Source: Pirellulales bacterium (GTDB taxonomy: Bacteria; Planctomycetota; Planctomycetia; Pirellulales; DATAWG01). Taken from it: DNA of 64,000 nucleotides. The translations under genes were made by a program, and so were the position numbers. The notes under the pieces were generated by a model. It was not told the DNA's origin, did not search any database, and worked only from the letters and a program-made list of their open reading frames with translations. The stretch covers positions 60,291 to 124,290 of the forward strand of contig DATAWG010000076.1 in assembly GCA_036267355.1 (NCBI GenBank), given 5' to 3'. The stretch's first letter is position 1, and each line of letters begins with the position of its first letter. This document shows, in pieces, positions 30,138 to 38,859 of the stretch.

Positions 30138-31267
30138 TGCGATCGATTGCTTGCGTGGTCGGGGCCCGGCCGAATTTCGTCAAGATGGGGCCGATTCTTT
30201 CTGGTCTCCACTCCGCCGATCCCCAGTTGAGCACGCTGCTGGTTCACACCGGCCAGCACTACGATGAGGCGATGAGCGATCTGTTCTTCCGGCAGCTTGG
30301 CCTGCCGGCGCCCGACGTGCATTTGGAAGCCGGATCGGGCAGACACGGCGAGCAGACCGCGACCGTGCTGTCCCGCTACGAAGCGTGGGTCTTGCAGGCC
30401 GATCCTCGGCCGGCGGCGACGCTCGTTGTCGGCGATGTCAATTCGACGCTCGCTTGCGCGCTGGCGAGCGTAAAGCTCGGCGTGCCGGCGATTCATGTCG
30501 AAGCCGGCTTGCGAAGCTTTGATCGCACGATGCCGGAAGAAATCAATCGCGTGCTGACCGATGCCATTGCCGAACTGTTGCTGGTGAGCGAATCGGATGG
30601 CATCGAAAACCTGAAGCGAGAAGGCCGGCCCGAATCCGCAATTCGCTTGGTGGGAAATGTAATGATCGATGTGCTCATGGCGCAGCTACCGGCGGCGCAG
30701 GCATTGCACGAGCCCGAGCGAATGGGGCTAGTGCCGGGCGAGTTTGCGGTTTGGACGATGCACCGCCCTTCGAACGTCGACGACCCAGCCCAACTCGCGG
30801 CCCTCGCGGAAAGCATGGCCCGAATCGCCAATCGATTGCCGGTCGCGTTTCCGGTGCACCCGCGGACGCGGGCCCGGTTGGAATCGGCTGGCCTGTGGCA
30901 AACGCTCGACGAATCGCCGGGCGTTCGGCTCACGCCGCCACTTGGTTATCTGGAATTTCTCGGTCTCTCGTCTGCCGCGAAACTGATCGTCACCGATTCG
31001 GGCGGGCTACAGGAGGAATCGGCCGTATTGGAGATTCCCTGTCTGACGTTGCGGCGCAACACCGAACGCCCGGTGACAGTTTCAAGCGGTACCAGCACGC
31101 TGGTCGGCACCGACATCGCGCTCGTCGAACGCCTCGTCGACGACATCCTCGCGGGCCACTACAAGCATGGCAAAGCCCCATCCCTCTGGGACGGCCGCGC
31201 CGGCGAACGCATCGGGGCTGAAGTCGTTCGCTTCTTGAATTCGCAACCAGCGGCGTCCAAAACGTAA
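30137..31267 (+). CDS. wecB: UDP-N-acetylglucosamine 2-epimerase (non-hydrolysing) family
   Basis: GARPNFVKMGPI, HTGQHYD, GDVNSTLA, HVEAGLRSFDRTMPEEINR. TAATG overlap with the upstream stop. Confidence 0.9.
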   Translation: MRSIACVVGARPNFVKMGPILSGLHSADPQLSTLLVHTGQHYDEAMSDLFFRQLGLPAPDVHLEAGSGRHGEQTATVLSRYEAWVLQADPRPAATLVVGDVNSTLACALASVKLGVPAIHVEAGLRSFDRTMPEEINRVLTDAIAELLLVSESDGIENLKREGRPESAIRLVGNVMIDVLMAQLPAAQALHEPERMGLVPGEFAVWTMHRPSNVDDPAQLAALAESMARIANRLPVAFPVHPRTRARLESAGLWQTLDESPGVRLTPPLGYLEFLGLSSAAKLIVTDSGGLQEESAVLEIPCLTLRRNTERPVTVSSGTSTLVGTDIALVERLVDDILAGHYKHGKAPSLWDGRAGERIGAEVVRFLNSQPAASKT

Positions 31268-31303
31268 TTTGCGACGCGATCGCAAGATGGAGAGACTTGT
31301 TTG

Positions 31304-32530
31304 ATGATGAATGTGCCTTTCTTCCGGCCTTCGATCGGCGAAGCGGAAATTGCCGAGGTCGTGAAATGCCTCCGCTCGGGATGGCTCACGACCGGGCCGA
31401 TTACACGGCGGTTCGAAACCGAAATGGCCGCCGCCGTTGGGGCGCATCTCGCTGTGGCCGTGAATTCGTGCACGGCCGCAATGCATCTGGCGGTCGAAGC
31501 GATGGGCCTGAAGCCGGGCCAAGCGGTGCTGGTTCCCACGATGACCTTCGCCACCACGGCGGAAATCGTCCGCTATTGCGGCGCCACGCCGATTCTTGTC
31601 GATTGCGATCCCACGACCTGCAACATGGATCTCGCCGATGCCGCGCGCAAGCTCGCCGACCTGGCGGCCGGCAAGCTGCCCGCCAAGATCGAGCCGGGAT
31701 TGCGGGCGGTGGGGATGATTCCGGTTCACGTCGGCGGATTGATGATGGACGTGGCGGCGGTGCAGGCGTTTGCCCGGGATCATGGCCTGTGGTTGGTCGA
31801 GGACGCAGCGCACGCCTTTCCCGCAGCATGGCGGCCGGCTGAAAATTGGCCCTGGCAACGGTGCGGCCAGCAAACGGCCGCCATCACCTGCTTCTCATTT
31901 TATGCCAACAAAACAATTACCACCGGCGAAGGGGGTATGGCCGTGACCGGCGATCCCGCGCTTGCCGATCGCATGCGGCTCATGTCGCTGCATGGCTTGT
32001 CGCACGACGCTTGGAATCGCTACTCAGGCGGCACGAGTTGGGACTATCGGATCATCGAAGCGGGATATAAATACAATCTGACCGATATTGCCGCCGCGAT
32101 TGGCGTGCACCAGCTCGCGCGGGCCGAAGCGATGCGCGTTGAACGCGAGACACTGGCCCTGCGCTATCGGTCCGAACTGGCGGAGATCGGCGAATTGGAT
32201 TTGCCACCCGTAGTTCCCAGCCGGCTTCACGCATGGCACCTGTTTCCGATCCGCCTGAAGCTCGACCGTTTGGCCATCGATCGGAATGCGCTTATCGCGG
32301 CGCTGCGAACTGCCGGGGTCGGTTGTTCGGTCCATTGGCGTCCGTTGCATTTACATCCGTATTATGTTGAACGGTTCGGATGGCGTCCGGAAGCGTTTCC
32401 CGTGGCGACGCCGCTGTGGGAACGCCTGATCACGTTGCCACTTTTCCCCGGCATGCGCGACGACGAACAGCAACATGTCATTCAAGTCGTCCGCGATCTA
32501 TGCCGGTCAAACCGCATCGGCTCGACGTGA
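31304..32530 (+). CDS. DegT/DnrJ/EryC1/StrS-family PLP aminotransferase
   Basis: VPFFRPSIGEAEI...SGWLTTGP and FSFYANKTITTGEGG (PLP lysine context). A GGAGAG sequence lies upstream. Confidence 0.9.
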   Translation: MMNVPFFRPSIGEAEIAEVVKCLRSGWLTTGPITRRFETEMAAAVGAHLAVAVNSCTAAMHLAVEAMGLKPGQAVLVPTMTFATTAEIVRYCGATPILVDCDPTTCNMDLADAARKLADLAAGKLPAKIEPGLRAVGMIPVHVGGLMMDVAAVQAFARDHGLWLVEDAAHAFPAAWRPAENWPWQRCGQQTAAITCFSFYANKTITTGEGGMAVTGDPALADRMRLMSLHGLSHDAWNRYSGGTSWDYRIIEAGYKYNLTDIAAAIGVHQLARAEAMRVERETLALRYRSELAEIGELDLPPVVPSRLHAWHLFPIRLKLDRLAIDRNALIAALRTAGVGCSVHWRPLHLHPYYVERFGWRPEAFPVATPLWERLITLPLFPGMRDDEQQHVIQVVRDLCRSNRIGST

Positions 32531-32670
32531 ATCGTTTCCGGATATTGACGCGCGAAACCGCAAGCGAGCCACGCCACGCCGATTGATAGCGAGCCGCGCT
32601 TGCGGTTTCGCGCATCGCCTCACTCGTCCCTCGTCCCTCGTCCCCCCTCGCGCCCCGTTCCGAGCCCCTT

Positions 32671-33264
32671 TTGAAACGCCTCTTCGACATCTGCGCCGCC
32701 GCTCTTGGCCTGCTGATTTTGTCGCCCGTCTTGTTCGCGCTCGCAGTGGCGGTGAAGATAAATTCACGCGGACCGGTGTTCTTTCGGCAAGAGCGCATAG
32801 GACGCGGGTTTCGCCCGTTTCGGATATTCAAATTCCGCACGATGGTGGTCGATGCCCCGCAGCGAGGTGGCCAAATCACCTCGGGGCACGACGATCCGCG
32901 AATCACACGCATTGGCCGGTTCTTGCGCCGCTGGAAGCTCGATGAGTTGCCGCAGCTCATCAACGTCGTCGCCGGCGAGATGAGCCTTGTCGGCCCGCGG
33001 CCCGAAGTGCAGCGGTACGTCGAAATGTTTCGTTCCGATTACGCCGAAATTCTCCGCATTCGCCCCGGGATCACCGATTTGGCGTCGATCAAATTTCGCG
33101 ACGAGGCAAGCCTTTTTTCGGGCGGCAAAGATCCGGAGCAAATCTACGTGCAACAGATACTGCCCGAGAAGCTGTCGCTTGCCCATGAATATGTTGCCCG
33201 ATCGTCGTTCGGATTCGATCTGCGAATTCTGTTTCAAACTGCCCTGCGCATGGCCCGCGGATAG
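32671..33264 (+). CDS. Small bacterial sugar transferase (PglC/WbaP-C-like initiating phosphoglycosyltransferase)
   Basis: KRLFDICAAALGLLILSPV...SRGPVFFRQERIGRGFRPFRIFKFRTM and DELPQLINVVAGEMSLVGPRP. TTG start. Confidence 0.85.
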   Translation: MKRLFDICAAALGLLILSPVLFALAVAVKINSRGPVFFRQERIGRGFRPFRIFKFRTMVVDAPQRGGQITSGHDDPRITRIGRFLRRWKLDELPQLINVVAGEMSLVGPRPEVQRYVEMFRSDYAEILRIRPGITDLASIKFRDEASLFSGGKDPEQIYVQQILPEKLSLAHEYVARSSFGFDLRILFQTALRMARG

Positions 33265-33397
33265 AGAGCGGCAAGGCGCTAGCCGCCGGTTGAAGAATGA
33301 TCGCGACCCGACCGACCAATCCGATGCAAGGGCACGACGAAAAGCACCGGCGGCTAGCGCCCTGCCGCTCACGTTCGGTGGCGGCGAGGGATCGCGA

Positions 33398-34135
33398 ATG
33401 ACCATTGATAATGAGAAGGCGGCCGCCCGCTGGCGGCGCGCAATGAGCCGGCGATGGGTGCGCTTCGGGCTGGCGGCGGCGGCGATGTTCGCCATTCTCG
33501 CCATCTTTCACGCGCAGATCGCGCGGGGCGTGGCGGGATTTTTGATCGTCGAGCGGCCGGTCGGACAGGCCGACTATTTGGCGGTGTTGCCCGGTGTGGT
33601 CGGTCAATCGGGAGTCGTCGACGATGCAGCGCGGCGGTATTCGAGGGGAGAAGTTCACGGCATCCTGCTATTCGAGCCGCCGGTTTCGCGAGCCGTGCGT
33701 TGTGGCGCATGGCCCGATAAAGTCGACACGTTTCGCGCCGAGCTTGAGCGGCGTGGAGTGCCGTCGGCCGCCGTGATTCTGCTGCCGGGACCATGCCGCA
33801 CGACACGAGATGCTGCCGGGGCGATCCGGCTTTGGCTCGAAGATCGTCCGAAAACTCGCATGCTTGTGCTGGGCCGGCTGTTGCGCGGCCGATGCGATCG
33901 GCAAGTTTTTAATTCCGTGCTCGACGCACAACAATCGGAGGGCGTGGAATTCGCCGCAATTCATACCGGAGTCGATCAGGGCAACTGGTGGAAGAGCCGC
34001 GAGGGGATTCTCCTGATCTTTCAGAACTATGCGGCATTGGCGTTCAACGGATGGAACGGCCCCTCGCAGCCTTGCCGGCCCGCATGGACGCTGGAAGAGT
34101 TTGAAAACAGCCTGCCGACGTTATCGCACCAATGA
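33398..34135 (+). CDS. DUF218/YdcF-ElyC-like protein, degenerate paralogue
   Basis: One N-terminal TM segment. Colinear with the next gene (ADYLAVLPG vs SDYCLVLSGD; WWKSREG vs WWKVEEG). Lacks the SNYHxxRA motif. Confidence 0.5.
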   Translation: MTIDNEKAAARWRRAMSRRWVRFGLAAAAMFAILAIFHAQIARGVAGFLIVERPVGQADYLAVLPGVVGQSGVVDDAARRYSRGEVHGILLFEPPVSRAVRCGAWPDKVDTFRAELERRGVPSAAVILLPGPCRTTRDAAGAIRLWLEDRPKTRMLVLGRLLRGRCDRQVFNSVLDAQQSEGVEFAAIHTGVDQGNWWKSREGILLIFQNYAALAFNGWNGPSQPCRPAWTLEEFENSLPTLSHQ

Positions 34136-34926
34136 CGGGCCACGCCATCGCATCCCGGCCCCGACTCCAATGGATAGCCGCCTGTTGGCGGCGGCGATGG
34201 CTGCGTCGGACGCTTGTTCTCGCAGCGGCCCTCGTAGCGTTATACTTCACAGCCGGATGGTGGCTTTCGGCGGCCGGCCGATGGCTCGACGTTGGGCAGC
34301 GCCCGCAGCCAAGCGACTATTGCCTGGTGTTGTCGGGCGACGAAGAGTCGCGTCCGTTTGCGGCGGCGGCCCTGTACCAAAAAGGCTTCGTCGGTAAGCA
34401 ACTTTGGCTTACCCATCCGGCAATGCCCGATTCGGTCGGCGAGGAGCGGAACCACCCCAATCGCCGCGCGAGGCGCATTCTCAGCGTGCTCGGAGTGCCT
34501 GCCGATCGGATCGTCGAGCTGCCCGGCGATTGCACGAGCACGTTCGATGAAGCAGCGGTGTTGGCCCGCGCGATGACTGCCCATCCGAACGCAACGGTAA
34601 ACGTCGTCACCTCGAACTACCACACCCGCCGCGCTCGATGGATCATTCGCCGCGAACTCGGCTCGAGCGCCGATCGCATCCGATACATCTCCGTGCCGAC
34701 TGACTATTACGACGCCGAATGTTGGTGGAAGGTCGAAGAGGGTTTTACGACGTACTCGAAGGAATTTTCGAAAAACGTGTTTTATTGGTTCAGGTACGGT
34801 TGGGGCGCCGCAGGGCTCGCCATTGCCGCACTAGCAGTAATCGCCTGGCGCCTCACCTCTCGCGTCAGATCTCGCATCCGATCGCGCAGCCCCACCGCTC
34901 CGCGCGTCCCGAACCCCTCACCCTAA
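34132..34926 (+). CDS. DUF218 (YdcF/ElyC family) protein
   Basis: DYCLVLSGDEES and VVTSNYHTRRARWI. N-terminal TM segment. ATGA overlap with the upstream gene. Confidence 0.65.
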   Translation: MTGHAIASRPRLQWIAACWRRRWLRRTLVLAAALVALYFTAGWWLSAAGRWLDVGQRPQPSDYCLVLSGDEESRPFAAAALYQKGFVGKQLWLTHPAMPDSVGEERNHPNRRARRILSVLGVPADRIVELPGDCTSTFDEAAVLARAMTAHPNATVNVVTSNYHTRRARWIIRRELGSSADRIRYISVPTDYYDAECWWKVEEGFTTYSKEFSKNVFYWFRYGWGAAGLAIAALAVIAWRLTSRVRSRIRSRSPTAPRVPNPSP

Positions 34927-34940
34927 CCCCTCCCCCTAGC

Positions 34941-36266
34941 ATGCCCACTGCTTTCGAATTGAAACAAGCGATCGCAAACAAAACGGCCTCGGTCGGTGTG
35001 ATCGGTCTCGGCTATGTCGGCTTGCCGCTGATTCAAGCGTTCATCAAAGCCGGCTTTCGCACGATGGGTTTCGACATCGACCAGTCGAAGGTCAAGCGCT
35101 TGTTGGCCGGTGAAAGCTACATCGGCCACATCCCGTCGAGCTGGATCGGCGAGTGGATTGAAACCCGCCGTTTCGCGCCGACATGCGATATGCGCCGGCT
35201 CGCCGAGGCCGACGCCGTGCTGATCTGCGTTCCCACGCCCCTCTCCGATAGCCGCGATCCCGACCTGAGCTATATCGAAGCGACGGCCCGGCAAATCGCC
35301 GCCGTGTTGCGGCCGGGGCAACTCATCGTGCTCGAAAGCACGACCTATCCTGGCACCACCCGCGATGTCGTTCTACCAATTCTCACGGCCGGCGGAATGA
35401 AGATCGGCGAAGATTTCTTCCTGGCATATAGTCCCGAGCGCGAAGATCCGGGCAATCCGAACTACACGGCAAGCGGCATTCCCAAAGTCGTCGGCGGCAT
35501 CGAGCGGCACAGCGCCGAACTGGCCGAGGCGCTCTATAGCCAGGCAGTGGTGCGAATCGTGCCGGTGGCGAATTGCGAAGTGGCCGAGGCGTGTAAGATT
35601 CTGGAAAACACCTACCGCTCGGTCAATATCGCGATGGTCAACGAGTTGAAGGTGCTATTCGATCGGATCGGGATCGACGTGTGGGACGTGATCGACGCGG
35701 CAAAGACGAAGCCGTTCGGTTTCCAAGCGTTTTATCCCGGCCCCGGCCTCGGCGGCCATTGCATTCCGATCGATCCGTTTTATCTCAGTTGGGTGGCCCG
35801 CAAGCACGGGCTGATCACGCGGTTCATCGAGCTAGCCGGCGAGATCAACACGAGCATGCCGCAATACGTCATCCAGCGATTGAGCGAAGCCCTAAACGAC
35901 GCCAGTAAGCCGCTACGGGGGAGCAAGATTTGCATCCTGGGTATCGCTTATAAGAAAGATATCGACGATCCCCGTGAAAGCCCGTCGTTCGAACTGCTGG
36001 AAATGCTGCTGGCTCGCGGAGCGGAAGTGACCTACAACGACCCGCACGTGCCCAGGTTGCCTCGCATGCGGCATCATCCCGGTTTGCAAATGGCGAGCCG
36101 CGAACTCGACGTGGCGTATCTGGCTGCCCAGGATTGCGTGCTCATCGCCACCGACCATTCGGCCTACGACTACGACTTCATCGTCCGCCACTCACGCTTG
36201 GTGATCGACACCCGCAACGCCACCCGCGCCGTCCGCGAAGGCCGCGAAAAAATTCGCAAAGCATGA
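34941..36266 (+). CDS. Nucleotide-sugar 6-dehydrogenase (WbpA/UDP-GlcNAc or UDP-ManNAc dehydrogenase-like)
   Basis: VGVIGLGYVGLPL, GESYIGHIP, GGHCIPIDP (catalytic Cys). 441 aa from ATG 34941. Confidence 0.9.
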   Translation: MPTAFELKQAIANKTASVGVIGLGYVGLPLIQAFIKAGFRTMGFDIDQSKVKRLLAGESYIGHIPSSWIGEWIETRRFAPTCDMRRLAEADAVLICVPTPLSDSRDPDLSYIEATARQIAAVLRPGQLIVLESTTYPGTTRDVVLPILTAGGMKIGEDFFLAYSPEREDPGNPNYTASGIPKVVGGIERHSAELAEALYSQAVVRIVPVANCEVAEACKILENTYRSVNIAMVNELKVLFDRIGIDVWDVIDAAKTKPFGFQAFYPGPGLGGHCIPIDPFYLSWVARKHGLITRFIELAGEINTSMPQYVIQRLSEALNDASKPLRGSKICILGIAYKKDIDDPRESPSFELLEMLLARGAEVTYNDPHVPRLPRMRHHPGLQMASRELDVAYLAAQDCVLIATDHSAYDYDFIVRHSRLVIDTRNATRAVREGREKIRKA

Positions 36267-37319
36267 CAACCTAGCAGGCATGCCCCGCATGCCGTCCGCT
36301 CGCGGCTGATGCATCTAATTCGTGTGCTTATCGCCTCCAGAAGCGCTCGAAGGAAATCTCACGTTTCTATCGCTCCATGCTGGGGCAACGATGGTCCGAT
36401 TAGAGGCAAAACAAACGGGAGGGTCCGATTCGTGACAACGGACTGCAGCAAGAGGTTTGGCAAGCGATTGGGGCCGGAATCGGCATTCCGCCCCAAGGGG
36501 ACCAGCGACGCGCGGCGGCGAGAAACCAGTCGCTAGGGGCAGCCGAACCACCCCCCCTTTCCACCCCCCGAACCCATCCCGTTTTCACGGGTCAGTTTTT
36601 ACGAGTCCCGTTTTCACGAGAAAATTCGCGGGCAAAAGTGTCTCGTGAAAGAAGCGCTGGCCGACGAAATTGTTTCCACGAATTTTGTGCGGCGGTGCGA
36701 GAGATGCGGTCGATTGCCGATCAGCCGCGCGCCTTATTTTGACGACGACGCCTGGCGCGAGATCGGCCCCAACAGCCCGAAGGTTTCCTTGGTGGCTTAC
36801 GGAGCCTGGGATCGCTTCGATGGCTTTCGCCTCTCATGGCCGCTCGTTCGTGCTCCCGAGGCGGACCGGGCAAAATGTTGCAATGCCGACGCCGAATCGA
36901 TCGCGACGATACGAAAGATCGTGTCGATCAAGGATATAGGGCGATTGGTCTCGCGGATCCGAAGCCGTCCGCCGGCTTCAAGAGCCTCGATTCCGAGCAG
37001 CACCATCAACAAGCCGGGCACCGCTCGAAGTAGCCGCGCCGGCGTGTGTCTCAGCCACGAGCCTTCGCATCGTCGCCGATCGCCGGGCTGGCGACGCTCT
37101 TCTCGCAGCCTTGCGGATCGCAAATCCAGCGGCGCCTCTTGCCGCGCCGCACTTCGCCCCGGGGTTCATAGGTATTCCCTCGACTGACATATTTGCTTGC
37201 ATTTCTAGAATGAAAGTGGAGGGAGACAACGCGAGAGATTGCGAGGTTTCTTTCTGTGGTTAGCGCGGTGCCACGCTAGCGAAAACACCGCGCAATTTTT
37301 CGATGAGGGAGGGTGGATC

Positions 37320-38021
37320 ATGGCTACGGTTCAAGTTCATGAAAGCTCGAGTCAAGTGACTCGGCGCGGGCCGGAAGAGAGGACGGTGGCGGAAGTCGCG
37401 ATGGCCGGGTCGCTCGTGGAAAGCGCCGGCGGAATCGGCGCCATCGTGTTGGCAATCGTCGCCCTGACGGGCGTGTTGCCGATGTATCTCACGGCGATTG
37501 CGGCGATCGCACTGGGAGTGGCCTTGGTGTTCGAGGGGTTGGCCAACGTCGCCCGCTATTCGCAACTCTTCACGGAAGAGGGCGCGATGGCCACGGCCCG
37601 GACGACTCGCGTTGAGACGGGCAGCGGCGTGACCCTCGAATTGTTCTGCGGGGCCGGTGGAATCGTGTTGGGCATTTTGGCGTTGCTCCACATCGCCGCG
37701 ATGATCTTGTTGCCGGTTGCCGCGATCGTGTTCGGAGTCGGCCTCATCTTCAGCAGCGGAACGCGCGCCACTCTGGCCCGGCATTTGGTGGAAGGATTCC
37801 ATGGCCACGAGTTTTCGACGCTCGTTGCCCGCGAGGCGATGCAGGCCGTGATGGTCACCGAGGTTTGCATCGGCATCGGCGGCGCGGTGCTGGGCATCCT
37901 GGCACTGATCGGGAATGCACCGCTGATTCTGACCGAAGTGGCAATGCTCGCGTTCGGTTGCGCTGTAGTGCTGGGCGGCCTGGCCCTGAGCGGCAGGATG
38001 TTCACCGTTTTGCACCACTAA
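37320..38021 (+). CDS. Hypothetical membrane protein built from three ~42-aa Gly/Ala-rich helical-hairpin repeats
   Basis: GGAGGG Shine-Dalgarno 6 nt upstream of the ATG. Repeats are GGIGAIVLAIVAL..., GAGGIVLGILALL..., IGGAVLGILALI... Confidence 0.6.
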   Translation: MATVQVHESSSQVTRRGPEERTVAEVAMAGSLVESAGGIGAIVLAIVALTGVLPMYLTAIAAIALGVALVFEGLANVARYSQLFTEEGAMATARTTRVETGSGVTLELFCGAGGIVLGILALLHIAAMILLPVAAIVFGVGLIFSSGTRATLARHLVEGFHGHEFSTLVAREAMQAVMVTEVCIGIGGAVLGILALIGNAPLILTEVAMLAFGCAVVLGGLALSGRMFTVLHH

Positions 38022-38613
38022 ACCGGACGCGGCAAGTCTGGCCAACGAAAACCCCGGGGGCCCAAAAAGCCCCAGCGGGGTTTTCTCTGCGTCTCCGCCA
38101 CGGCCTCGCGAACAGGGTGGGGCAACTCCACGTCGGGATTGGCGTCGAACAATTGCTCGAAATTCGCCTGCTCTTTCACACTCAAATTCTTCCATCGCCG
38201 ACGATACAGCCACATCCGCGAACGAAACTCCTACTTCGCTGTCCCCTTCAATGCTGGCTTGTGACGCCGTGTTTTTTCTCTGGCGATCGACGATCGCCAA
38301 GTGCCTGGCCACGTGAAACCGGTTCACGACCAATTGGCTCGGCCAGCCACTCCGCACAAACCTGCGGATACCCAGCGCTGACGTCGGTGCGATGCCAGCG
38401 GGCCGCGGCACGCTGCTCGGGCGAGAGCATCGCCAGACAGGCCTCGGTCGCCGCGGTCGCGCCTCTTCGCGACGGCCGGATTCGCTGGCCCTCTTCGTCG
38501 AATAGGCCAATCCGTTTTTTCGTGCCAGGAAGCGTGTAGCACCGGCAATCGGTTTGCTTCCAATACCAAGCGGCGCCGTCTGGCCGTCGACGTTGTTTGT
38601 AAGGTCGTCCCAT
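38018..38613 (-). pseudogene. ISL3-family transposase remnant (frameshifted, truncated), possibly fused to an unrelated N-terminal fragment
   Basis: Three minus-strand frames carry consecutive ISL3-like blocks: TDVSAGYPQVCAEWL, QLVVNRFHVARHLAIVDRQRK (DRFHV box), RRRWKNLSVKEQANFEQLFDANPDV (RWLLLK...L..LL..NP box). No intact ORF. Confidence 0.45.
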
Positions 38614-38859
38614 ACGAAGTCCGTGGTTGGGATGCGGATTAAATAACCTCCCAAGTTTTCGGGCAATTGCACCGAAAAACCGGCCGGAAACGCTGTAGCA
38701 CGCGTTTCAGGTGGAAGAAGGGAGCCTATCTAATCCCCGATCCTTGGTGAAAACTTGACGCAACAAACATGCGAATTCATATTGGACGGCCATAACTCAC
38801 GCGGACCGCAGTCCTATCCCCGCTCACCGCCAATTCCCCTCTCGAAAGAGGCCCTTCCA

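Noticed and set aside
36645-37187. 180-aa + strand ORF and overlapping ORFs in 36.3-37.25 kb as real genes.
   Set aside because: There are no recognisable motifs and several mutually overlapping frames of similar length. The composition is Arg/Ser/Pro-rich. The region looks like decayed or non-coding DNA.
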